IMG/VR virus record: IMGVR_UViG_3300037116_000299
Coordinates: 1-64,000 of that record
Strand: one strand, 5' to 3'
DNA: 64,000 nucleotides
Shown piece after piece: positions 55,111-63,655 of this stretch. Each line of letters starts with the position of its first letter. Positions within the stretch are counted from its first letter, which is position 1. The notes under the pieces are model-generated. The model saw only the letters and a list, made by a program, of their open reading frames with translations. It was not told the DNA's origin and did not search any database. The translations under genes and the position numbers were made by a program.

Positions 55111-55604
55111 ACCGCCACCGCCTCCGCCACTGCACCAACCACCTTGTCCGGCGTCACGGGTTTGATCGTTTCGATGAACATGGTGTAGACGGGCTTGCGA
55201 CCTGCCTTCTCGGCAGCGTGCAGCATCGTCCTGTTCTTCACGTAGATCCCGCTCGACAGTGTGGTGCAGTCCTCTTCCAGCACCCAGGCTTTCACCTGGT
55301 CGTACATCTGCTGGTAGATTCCATTGCCGCGCCGAAGTGGATCGACCCAGGACATGGTGATGAAAGCATCCTTGCGATACTCGAAGGGCTTCCAGGACAT
55401 GAAGCCCACCAGCCTGTGTGCCGGGTCACCGTTGAAGTGATTCGCCTTGGCCTCGCGGACCAGCAGGACGTGATCTTCCCAGCTCATGGACTGCTCAAAA
55501 CGATCGGCATACTCCGTGCGTGCGAGTTCCGAGTAGACCCCCATAGCCAGGCCCCATTGGCCTGACATGATGATCTTGTTGAAGCGTTCAAATACCAGTT
55601 CCAT
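55107..55604 (-). CDS. GNAT acetyltransferase
   Basis: WVDPLRRGNGI; N..M..K.G. Confidence 0.8.
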   Translation of the reverse strand: MELVFERFNKIIMSGQWGLAMGVYSELARTEYADRFEQSMSWEDHVLLVREAKANHFNGDPAHRLVGFMSWKPFEYRKDAFITMSWVDPLRRGNGIYQQMYDQVKAWVLEEDCTTLSSGIYVKNRTMLHAAEKAGRKPVYTMFIETIKPVTPDKVVGAVAEAVAV

Positions 55605-55617
55605 TACTGCCTCTTCT

Positions 55618-56841
55618 CTACTGTTTATCTGGACGCATGCGGTGGAAGACCGGGAACTTGAGGCTGTTCTTCTCCGTGATGCCCTTGTGCTTGACCTCGA
55701 CGACCTTGCCCACCAGCGTTCCGGCCTGGAACTCGACCCAGAGCGCGATCCGTTCCTTGTTGTCGAAGCCGGTACCGACCTCGCTGGTCACCGTGACGGT
55801 GGGAAAGACGCTCTGGCCGATCAGGTCAGGAGCGATGTTGCCATCGTCCTGCAGGAAACCAAAGACCATGAGCCCGCCCAGCATGCCGGCGCATTTACCC
55901 CGGCCCTCGTAGGCACCCTCGATCTTGAAATCGCCATCCTTCATGTCGGCGATGAAGTCACCCGTAAACTCGGGCTTCCACTTCAGCCACACGCCGGACT
56001 TGCGATATTCGTAGAGGCCGTCGGCACGCTTGACAACGATGCCTTCCTTGCCTTTCTCGATGACCTGGAGACGGGCATAATCGATGATGTTCTCGAGGGC
56101 GCCCTCCTCGTACGGATTCTCCTGGATCTTGCAATCTGGACCGTTCACCTTCTGAATGAGTGTGACGATCTGCCTCAGATTCACCTTGCGACGAGATAGA
56201 AGGTCCCTGCATGTCGTGGCATCAAACTCTGCTTTCGGCAGAACGTCCCAAACCTTGTAAACGAAGCCCTCGGCTTGTGGATCGTCCTCGTGCAGTCGGA
56301 GCAGTCCGCCGGCTGCATTGAAATCCAGGGTCAGATGGACAATCTCTCCATCGAGCACAATGTCGTCACAGGACTCGTACGCAGCGGCCGCGGCTTCAAG
56401 CTGTGCTTGGATAAACCGCACGTTATGGTGAGGCAGGCCCGTTGACGTCAAAAGCTCGGCTTTCCCGTTCTTGATATGAGCGGGGCAGCGGTAGCCATCT
56501 TCCTTGGGCTCGAAATAGACCCAGGTCCAGTCTTTGGGCGGTTTCGCAGGGTCATAGACCTTGCAGAGCTGGATGCCTTCACGCTTGCGGCGGACCACGA
56601 CAGGACCCTGCTTCAGGAGTGCCGGCCACGGCGTTTCAGGGCTGCAGTCCATCGGGATTGTCATAGGGGCATCACCGAAACACGCCCGGACGTCGGCTCC
56701 GGCCTGCGCCAGGGACTGAAGAATGACCTCCTTCACCGGCGAAGAAGGTGCTCTCAGTACGATCTCGTCATGTACTGTGGCGACCACATACTGCTTCAGA
56801 TCTTCCGGTATGCAATCAAACAGCGTTGGGTTCGTGTTCAT
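55618..56841 (-). CDS. ATP-dependent DNA ligase with N-terminal PolA-motif-C-like segment
   Basis: EPKEDGYR, LDGEI, WD, EGIVVK, WLKWK, EVGTGF, LKFPVF..RPDK; N-terminal VHDEIV. Confidence 0.9.
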   Translation of the reverse strand: MNTNPTLFDCIPEDLKQYVVATVHDEIVLRAPSSPVKEVILQSLAQAGADVRACFGDAPMTIPMDCSPETPWPALLKQGPVVVRRKREGIQLCKVYDPAKPPKDWTWVYFEPKEDGYRCPAHIKNGKAELLTSTGLPHHNVRFIQAQLEAAAAAYESCDDIVLDGEIVHLTLDFNAAGGLLRLHEDDPQAEGFVYKVWDVLPKAEFDATTCRDLLSRRKVNLRQIVTLIQKVNGPDCKIQENPYEEGALENIIDYARLQVIEKGKEGIVVKRADGLYEYRKSGVWLKWKPEFTGDFIADMKDGDFKIEGAYEGRGKCAGMLGGLMVFGFLQDDGNIAPDLIGQSVFPTVTVTSEVGTGFDNKERIALWVEFQAGTLVGKVVEVKHKGITEKNSLKFPVFHRMRPDKQ

Positions 56842-56995
56842 CGGTTCCTTGGTATTGCCGGATCAGCGCCGGTTCGGGGTAAGTGCAATGACACTGAATG
56901 AAGATCGCGGCATCCCAGGGAGTGGTTCCACCTGAGTCGGCTGACCCTGTCCCGTGACAGGTCAAGCAGTCGGGATCAGGCTGGATCGTCGTCAT
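56816..56995 (-). CDS. small Zn-finger protein (CLTCHGTG..CHC)
   Basis: Overlaps both neighbours. Confidence 0.5.
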   Translation of the reverse strand: MTTIQPDPDCLTCHGTGSADSGGTTPWDAAIFIQCHCTYPEPALIRQYQGTDEHEPNAV

Positions 56996-57158
56996 CTTCG
57001 CCACCCACGATCACATCGACCGTATAGGTCTGCTTGCCATCGACGACGATGCCTTCTGTTGGGCCGTCCGTTTCCACGTCGATGTCTTGCACGTAGTTCA
57101 CACCCTTGACGAATGCTTCAGCTTCCGCCAGTGAATCGAATACGTTGGTTGATCTCAT
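56976..57158 (-). CDS. small acidic protein
   Basis: AGGAG SD before ATG 57158. Confidence 0.65.
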   Translation of the reverse strand: MRSTNVFDSLAEAEAFVKGVNYVQDIDVETDGPTEGIVVDGKQTYTVDVIVGGEDDDDPA

Positions 57159-57280
57159 AGTTCTCCTGCCGGCATACAAAATCGGCCGGTACGAATTGGG
57201 ATTTGAAAAGGGAAAAGGTAGAAAACGCGTAAAACGTCCAACAACAGAACCCGTTTTTGGCCTCGCGTGAAGCCCTTTCC

Positions 57281-58006
57281 CTACATCATGCCGAGACCCT
57301 TCGCCTCGCGATTCTCCCTGGCCTCTACGGCCAGTTCGGTAATGCGGTTCTGTTCGATGAACTCGCGCTTGAAGTAATCGAGCGCGCGCTCTACGACCGC
57401 GTTCTTGTCCATCGAAGGCTTCTTTACCACCCAGACCGGATCGACCATGCAAAAGACCGGAACGCCCGGCAGGTACGAAGTCTCGAACCACTGGGCATCG
57501 TGGGTCTTCGCCTTCGGCTTGTCGTTGGGCGTGTCCCCGGTCCCCAGCAGGGCGGACGCGGCCACCCAGCCCAGGGCAATCACTGCCTTGAGATTGGGCA
57601 TGGCGCGCAGGACGCGCAGGCAGCGTGGGCCAAAGCAGGCCGAGATCTCGGTGGCTTCCGGCTCACGCTGGATCTCCTCGATTCCCTTCTTGACCTTGGG
57701 AGGCATGCATTGAATCACCGAAGTGATGAAGACGTCTTTCTGGGTGTCCAGACCGATGAGCTTCATCCACTGCTCGAAGGCGCGGCCGTGGGCGCCCACC
57801 AGGGCGACACCTCGTTCGCTCTCCGATTCGCGCGGAGCCTCATTGACAAAGGCCAGCTCGGCGAAGGGATTACCGCGGTAGATGAAGCCGCGGTTGTAAG
57901 GATGGAGCATGCTGAGGCGGCAGTTCTGACAGGCCGAGGAGATCGACTTGATCACCTCGGCCACGTCTTCCTGCTCGACCTCAACGCTATCGAATAAAGT
58001 TGCCAT
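57281..58006 (-). CDS. family 4 uracil-DNA glycosylase-like protein (Fe-S Cys kept, active site divergent)
   Basis: CQNCRL, GNP, VNEAP, QCMPP, EISAC, ALGWVA. Confidence 0.85.
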   Translation of the reverse strand: MATLFDSVEVEQEDVAEVIKSISSACQNCRLSMLHPYNRGFIYRGNPFAELAFVNEAPRESESERGVALVGAHGRAFEQWMKLIGLDTQKDVFITSVIQCMPPKVKKGIEEIQREPEATEISACFGPRCLRVLRAMPNLKAVIALGWVAASALLGTGDTPNDKPKAKTHDAQWFETSYLPGVPVFCMVDPVWVVKKPSMDKNAVVERALDYFKREFIEQNRITELAVEARENREAKGLGMM

Positions 58007-58160
58007 ATCGTTTGCCTACAGTCTCCGCAGCTGCTTTGAAGATCGAATCGCGGTAAGAGGTTCGTGCGGCCATCATGATGACGCCGACAAAGGTCACCGC
58101 GACCAGCAGCCAGAAAGTCTTCGTCAGCAGCCGGGCGAACATGAATAGAAGTATGTCCAT
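57987..58160 (-). CDS. small membrane protein
   Basis: Hydrophobic FWLLVAVTFVGVIMM. Confidence 0.55.
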   Translation of the reverse strand: MDILLFMFARLLTKTFWLLVAVTFVGVIMMAARTSYRDSIFKAAAETVGKRYGNFIR

Positions 58161-58164
58161 GGCT

Positions 58165-59391
58165 TTACTGCCAGACGGGCATAATGACGTACCGCGACTC
58201 GACAGCATCGTCGACATCGTCTACGACCAGGCCCTTGTTGAACTTGGCCTTGTCGTTGTAGTCGTGAATGCCAATCCGCAGTGTCTCCTTTGAGGAAGTG
58301 CTGGCTGCATTCTTGAGGTAGTCGAGGTTGACCGTGACCTTGACGTCCAGGTTCTCCGGCACACCTGCTTCCAGCGTGATCGGCATCTCGTCCGAGATAT
58401 CCGACACGTTCAGCTTGTTGTGGGCCGAGATCTTCAGCGTCTTGCCGTAGATCTCAAGGTGAGCCAAGCGGGCATCGTCGAAAGCGGTGACGCGGCCGAG
58501 GATCTGGCACAGCTCCTCGCGGTTGACGGTGAACCAGTAATCCGGCACGTGCATGTCGATGGTTTTCCCGATATCCGGGAACTTGCCAATCAGCAGGCGG
58601 GTACCAAAGAACGTGTCTTCGCCCATCCGGAAGAAGAGCTTGGAAATGTCGCCGGTGGCGTTTCGTGCGCCCTCGATAACACGAACGTCCTCTTCCTTGC
58701 GCACCAACTTGGCGAGCGAAGGCAGGGCCACGTCCGGGATCAGGATGTTCTCCATCTCCTTGGGACCCTTCTGGCCCTTGATGACGATCCGGGCGCAAGC
58801 GTGCGCATCGGTCGCATGGGCCTCGTAGCCACGGTCGGTAGACACCAGCTTCATGCCGCTGAAAGCAAAGCGCTGGGTGGCCTCGTTCTCGCGTGGGATA
58901 CAGAACTGTGCCCGGCGCACGAACTCGTTCAAATCCTTGCCCTTGACCGTGTAGCTGGGCGCTTGCTTGAACGGAATGGCATTCATCCTGGAAGCCATGA
59001 TGTCGGTTCCCTTGGAGTCGTAACCCAGGTGGAAGACGTTACGACCGATCTTCACCCGGATCCGGGAAGGCTTGTCGCTGCTGCCGGCCTTGCCCTTGCT
59101 GGGCGAGACCAGTTCAATCTCGGCGAGATCGCCAGGATTGCGGCTCTGCAGCCCGGCGCGGAGCTGATCCGGATCAAGCAGGGTCATGCCGGCCATTTCA
59201 ACGGTGGCCTGAAGCTTCACGGTGGACTCGGCAGTGATGTTGGTCGAGTACAGGAAGACGGCAGACGAAGTCTCGGTCTTGTGGACCGATACGAAGATGC
59301 CGCCGGTGCCTGCATCCTTCTTCTTATCGATGGTCGCTGAGACCTTGTTGACGGCGTCGAGTAAATCGCCGGCTTTGACACTGAACTTCAT
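58165..59391 (-). CDS. dnaN: DNA polymerase sliding clamp (beta subunit-like)
   Basis: MKFSV..L..V; ATDAH; TRLLIGKFPD; VNLDYL; YVIMPV. Confidence 0.88.
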   Translation of the reverse strand: MKFSVKAGDLLDAVNKVSATIDKKKDAGTGGIFVSVHKTETSSAVFLYSTNITAESTVKLQATVEMAGMTLLDPDQLRAGLQSRNPGDLAEIELVSPSKGKAGSSDKPSRIRVKIGRNVFHLGYDSKGTDIMASRMNAIPFKQAPSYTVKGKDLNEFVRRAQFCIPRENEATQRFAFSGMKLVSTDRGYEAHATDAHACARIVIKGQKGPKEMENILIPDVALPSLAKLVRKEEDVRVIEGARNATGDISKLFFRMGEDTFFGTRLLIGKFPDIGKTIDMHVPDYWFTVNREELCQILGRVTAFDDARLAHLEIYGKTLKISAHNKLNVSDISDEMPITLEAGVPENLDVKVTVNLDYLKNAASTSSKETLRIGIHDYNDKAKFNKGLVVDDVDDAVESRYVIMPVWQ

Positions 59392-59537
59392 GATTGCTCC
59401 ATTTCTTTAGGAGGACGCGACGAGATTGATTACTCGCCGTCCAGGGGTTTTCAACCTGGCTTTCCACCGTTGGCTTGGCCTTCGCCTTCGGCCTGGGAGA
59501 GCGCGACATCGCTGTCTCCCCGCGCGTCCATACTTGG

Positions 59538-60380
59538 TTAGGCTGCCTTCTGTTCGACCAGGCGCTGTTCTGCTTCGGGCGTAACCTGAGCATTGCGGCG
59601 TTTCTTCGAGCAGGCGGCACAGAGGGGAACCCCGTACTGAGCCTGGCTGCGCAGGAATACGTCCCAGAAGTGGAGCGAACGCTTGTTGTGCTGCGCGTCC
59701 TCGTATTCCACCGTCACGATCGGATCGGTGCACTCCGAGCAGTCCTTGGCCGGGTACGCCCAGTCAGGAATCTGAGGCTGATCGGTCCAGCACTTCTTGA
59801 TGGAGTTGTACTTGCACTCCTGGGTGGGAAATGCGTACAAATACCGGCCTGGACCCCATTTGGACATCGCGCGCTTGTAGGCCTGCGCCTCTGCCGTGGT
59901 GATCCAGTTGCCGTCGGCCGTATCCTTGGCGCCGGTCGAATCATGCCAGACCCAGCCGAGGACCGGACCCATCCAGATACCGACTCGAACTACGAGTCCA
60001 ACCTGGTAGGCGTTGACTTCCTTCGCCGGTTCCAGAACCCGGGCATTGCCCTGCTCGTCCTTGTTCTGCCAGTCCAGCCGGGCCTTGGCCAGTTTGGTGT
60101 AGGGCGCGATGTCGACGCGAACCACTTCGGACTGCCAGAAGCCTGGTCCGATGACGGCATCCATGCGTTCGGTGTAAACGCGCGAATCCGCATAGGCGGC
60201 CGCGGTAGCGACGCCGCTCTTGATGGTCTGCGGCAGGAAGTAGATGTCCTCGGGATTGAAAGGTTCTGCCAGGCTTCGCAGCGTTGCCTTGAAGTCCACG
60301 TGGTAGGCCGGGAGCGTGGCGCCCGGGAAAGCGAGTATAACCGGCGGCGCGGCCGCGGCTGTGGTGGGTTTGGTTGCCAT
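59538..60380 (-). CDS. Rad52/Sak-like single-strand annealing protein with C-terminal Zn finger
   Basis: LAEPF, AYADSR..ERMDAV.G..W, AYKRAMSKWGPGRYLY; CSEC..CAAC. Confidence 0.85.
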   Translation of the reverse strand: MATKPTTAAAAPPVILAFPGATLPAYHVDFKATLRSLAEPFNPEDIYFLPQTIKSGVATAAAYADSRVYTERMDAVIGPGFWQSEVVRVDIAPYTKLAKARLDWQNKDEQGNARVLEPAKEVNAYQVGLVVRVGIWMGPVLGWVWHDSTGAKDTADGNWITTAEAQAYKRAMSKWGPGRYLYAFPTQECKYNSIKKCWTDQPQIPDWAYPAKDCSECTDPIVTVEYEDAQHNKRSLHFWDVFLRSQAQYGVPLCAACSKKRRNAQVTPEAEQRLVEQKAA

Positions 60381-60387
60381 TTCTCTC

Positions 60388-60558
60388 CTAGTCGAAGTAG
60401 TTGAATCGAAACATCAGGTGACCGGCCTTCATGACCTTCTTGGCTGGCTTTTCACACTTGGGGCAGGACTGATCGACGTCAGAATCAGACATCTTGAGCA
60501 GCTTCTCGAACTTGTGAGCGCACTTCTTGGAAGTGCACTCGTAGTCATACATGGGCAT
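60388..60558 (-). CDS. FmdB-family zinc-ribbon protein
   Basis: MPMYDYEC..C.HKFE..CPKC. Confidence 0.8.
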   Translation of the reverse strand: MPMYDYECTSKKCAHKFEKLLKMSDSDVDQSCPKCEKPAKKVMKAGHLMFRFNYFD

Positions 60559-60886
60559 GGGTTTGATAACTCCTGGAGGCGATAGTGCGGTTGAAGATAC
60601 TCGCCGCGATCTTGCTGAAACGCGAACAGAACACATCCTGCCTGCGGTGAATGTCCCGCAGTTCGGCCATTCCTCCGTCATTGAGACGGTAGCCGGTTGA
60701 TCCACGATCGACGTACGTGACCGTGAGTCCGTTCAGAACCGCGTCGAACCGGCTGAGGCTGTTCTCCATCAGCAGACCGTATCGCTTGTTCATCACTAAG
60801 CACACTGACAGTAAGTTCGCTTCGGCCATACGATGGTCGGGGGCGGCTTCCAGCAGTAGCAGAATCATGCGTTCCATCAACATCAT
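60545..60886 (-). CDS. hypothetical, winged-helix-like protein
   Basis: ..L..L..TYV..YRLNDGG..L; TAATG coupling. Confidence 0.55.
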   Translation of the reverse strand: MMLMERMILLLLEAAPDHRMAEANLLSVCLVMNKRYGLLMENSLSRFDAVLNGLTVTYVDRGSTGYRLNDGGMAELRDIHRRQDVFCSRFSKIAASIFNRTIASRSYQTHAHV

Positions 60887-61257
60887 TACGAGACCTCTTC
60901 TACCTTTGTGGTTCCATCGGGACTACCAAAGACACGGTAGCGAGCACCCCAGTGCGGGGTTCCGCAATGCGTCTTGACGCGTTCCAGGGCCCGGGCGGCT
61001 GTCTGACAGAGGCTCTCAAGCAGCTCGCCGCGGAACACTGGACTTTTGACATGCCGGCCATCTTCCACCACATCCACGTGAGGGACAGTCCATACTGGGC
61101 CGTCAGTTCCTTTCACGTAGTTGATGTTGGTGATCGCCGTATCATCCCCAGGCCCCCAGCAGAGCGATACAGACGCGCGGATTCCGCTCGCTTCTGAATC
61201 GGGCTTGCTGGGCACCAGCACCAGGGCGTGGGTCATACCTTTCAATTCTCGGGACAT
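60886..61257 (-). CDS. SpoVG-like nucleic-acid-binding protein
   Basis: RASVSL..AITNINYVKGTDGPVWTVP pattern. Confidence 0.55.
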   Translation of the reverse strand: MSRELKGMTHALVLVPSKPDSEASGIRASVSLCWGPGDDTAITNINYVKGTDGPVWTVPHVDVVEDGRHVKSPVFRGELLESLCQTAARALERVKTHCGTPHWGARYRVFGSPDGTTKVEEVS

Positions 61258-61264
61258 GGGGCTC

Positions 61265-63562
61265 CTATGCAGCCTTAGGCAGGTTCGCCTCGGCCTTCAC
61301 TTCCTTGCGGATGCGATGGGCCAGGAATGTGAAACGCTGGTTGACGTCACACTGTTCGACCGCGAGCTTCACCGCATTCCAGGCGGCAATGAACACGATC
61401 ATCTTCTTGGCACGGGTATTCGCCGTGTAGAGGAGATTTCTCTGCAACATGGGGAAGTGGTGATTCGTCATAATGCAAATGACAAAACTGAACTCGGAGC
61501 CTTGACTCTTGTGCACCGTGGCCGCGTAAGCAAGGACCAGATCATCGGTCTCTGCATACGGATAGCGCACGATCTTGCCATAGAAGTCGATCTGGATCTC
61601 TTTGTTGATCTCATCGAACTCCTTGATGAAACCAATGTCGCCGTTGAAGATCTCCAACTTGTAATCGTTGGACAACTGCATGACGCGATCGCCAATGCGG
61701 AACTTCTGAGCCCGGATCGCAACTTCCTTGCCGTCGGGATTGAGTGTGGCCTGCAGCACGGTGTTGAAGACGGGGAAGCCAGCAGGTCCCTTGCGCATCG
61801 GCATCAGTACCTGGAGATCCCGTACCGGATCGATTCCATGCTTGACGACGATCCGATTGATCACCGCCGGCAGCATCTTCTTGATCCACTCCAGGTCGTC
61901 TTTGCCTTTGCCCTCACCTTCCGTAGCCTTCGGTACCTCCATGAAGTAGGAATCCGCTTCGATGTTGCGGCCCTTCTTCACGTCGGGGAAGATCGGCATC
62001 TGGCCGGTCCGGATCTTATGAGCGTTCCGGATGATCAGCGAGTTCTCCGCCTGGCGGAAGATCGTCTCCAGCTTGGTCACGTGGACCCGGTTGGAGTTGA
62101 TCAGGTCCCGCAGGACCATGCCAGGGCCGACTGAAGGCAGTTGGTCGATATCACCGACAAAGACTACCGAGCAGGCGTCCGAGACAGCATCCATCAGGGA
62201 GTCCGCCAGCTGAATGTCCAGCATGGAGGCTTCGTCCACAACCAACAGGTCGCAGTGGAGCGGATTGCTGCGATCCCGCAGGAAGTCGCCCATCTCCGGA
62301 TCCCATTCCAGCAGCTTGTGGATGGTCTGGGCTTCCTGTTCGGTCACCTCGGACATCCGCTTGGCCGCGCGGCCGGTAGGCGCGCACAGCTCCACCCTCA
62401 GACCCAGGCGAGCGGCGGTGCGCAGGAGCATCTTCAGCGTCGTGGTCTTGCCGGTTCCAGGACCTCCCGTCAGAATCGACAGGTTGTTCAGGAGGGCGGC
62501 GATGACCGCATCCCGCTGCTGTTCATTGGGGATTTGACCCAGGTCGGCTTCAACACGCTCCAGGGTCTCCTCGATGCCCCGAGGGGCAACGTGCAGGAAA
62601 CTCTGCAGCTCGCCAATGCGGCGGGCCAGACGTACCTCCGCCTCATGAATGTGAGGCAGATAGTAGAAGACCCAGGGCTTTCCATTGACCTGAATCTCTT
62701 CCTTCATCAAACGCTTGCGATCGACAGACCGGGTAATGGCGGCAATCGCCTCCAACTCCGGCAACTGCATCTCCTCGTCCTCGGTAACGCCGCGCCGGCT
62801 GCTGGCAATCTTGCGGACTGCCGTAATCAGGTCCGCGGCGGGAAGGAAGCAGTGACCGTGACCGGTACCTTCGGTCACCACATGGGTCACAGCTGCCTCC
62901 GTACGCTCCGGACAACGCTCAGGCCATCCCATGCGCTTGGCGAGGTCGTCGGCCTTCCTGAAGCCAATCCCGTCCACGGCCATGGCCTTGTACGGGTTCT
63001 TCTGGAGGGTCTCGGTGACCTTGTTGCCGAAGATGGCGATAAACCGCTTGGCCCATACATCGCCGATGCCGAACTGCGCCAGCCACAGACCCACCTGCCG
63101 AAGCAACGGATCGTGGTTCTCCAGCCAGGAGGCAGCAATCTTGTCGGCCTTTGCCTGGGTGATCCCCGGACATTCCGCCAACCGCATCGGCTGCTTGTCC
63201 AGGATCTCGATGATGTCGTGGCCGAAGTGAGCAGTCAGTTGTGCCGCTGTCTTCGGACCCACACCCTCGACCCAGCGTTCGAGAAAGCGTTGCTTGCCGA
63301 CCAGGCTGGTCGGGATTAGCTTCACGGCCTGGGACGCAACGAAGGTTGCGCCGTACTTCGGATCGTCCACGACTTTGCCGTAGAACTCGAACAGATCCTC
63401 TGGATCCCAGTCTGGAATCTCTCCTTTGACGGAGAGGTCGGGTCCTGGCTGTTCTGGATGAACACTCACGATCCGGAAGATGTTGCCTTCGGAGCTGGTG
63501 CCCTGGCGCGGATAGCGCTGCCACATGATGTTGCCCCGGAACTTCTGCAGATCGTCTTCCAC
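61265..63562 (-). CDS. recD2: RecD2-type SF1B helicase
   Basis: YG..F; HhH GVGPKTA and GIGFRKAD; GGPGTGKTT; APTGRAAKR; VDEASM; GDIDQLPSVG; IFRQ; TVHKSQGSE; YTANTRA. Confidence 0.95.
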   Translation of the reverse strand: MEDDLQKFRGNIMWQRYPRQGTSSEGNIFRIVSVHPEQPGPDLSVKGEIPDWDPEDLFEFYGKVVDDPKYGATFVASQAVKLIPTSLVGKQRFLERWVEGVGPKTAAQLTAHFGHDIIEILDKQPMRLAECPGITQAKADKIAASWLENHDPLLRQVGLWLAQFGIGDVWAKRFIAIFGNKVTETLQKNPYKAMAVDGIGFRKADDLAKRMGWPERCPERTEAAVTHVVTEGTGHGHCFLPAADLITAVRKIASSRRGVTEDEEMQLPELEAIAAITRSVDRKRLMKEEIQVNGKPWVFYYLPHIHEAEVRLARRIGELQSFLHVAPRGIEETLERVEADLGQIPNEQQRDAVIAALLNNLSILTGGPGTGKTTTLKMLLRTAARLGLRVELCAPTGRAAKRMSEVTEQEAQTIHKLLEWDPEMGDFLRDRSNPLHCDLLVVDEASMLDIQLADSLMDAVSDACSVVFVGDIDQLPSVGPGMVLRDLINSNRVHVTKLETIFRQAENSLIIRNAHKIRTGQMPIFPDVKKGRNIEADSYFMEVPKATEGEGKGKDDLEWIKKMLPAVINRIVVKHGIDPVRDLQVLMPMRKGPAGFPVFNTVLQATLNPDGKEVAIRAQKFRIGDRVMQLSNDYKLEIFNGDIGFIKEFDEINKEIQIDFYGKIVRYPYAETDDLVLAYAATVHKSQGSEFSFVICIMTNHHFPMLQRNLLYTANTRAKKMIVFIAAWNAVKLAVEQCDVNQRFTFLAHRIRKEVKAEANLPKAA

Positions 63563-63655
63563 TGATACCCCTGAACCTGACTAACAGTCAGTATGTCTTG
63601 CGGACGGTTATTTCCCTATAAGGGGAACTGCCTATATCCGTGTGAAATGCTGGTT

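Noticed and set aside
59392-59537. Small ORF between sak and dnaN
   Set aside because: Candidate frames are either 26 aa or run well into dnaN; none can be supported.
34860-60935. Additional CTTTGGT hits (~34870, 38619, 42353, 48082, 58609, 60931) as promoter copies
   Set aside because: Mostly intragenic with poor or mis-spaced -10 hexamers; this short word is expected by chance.
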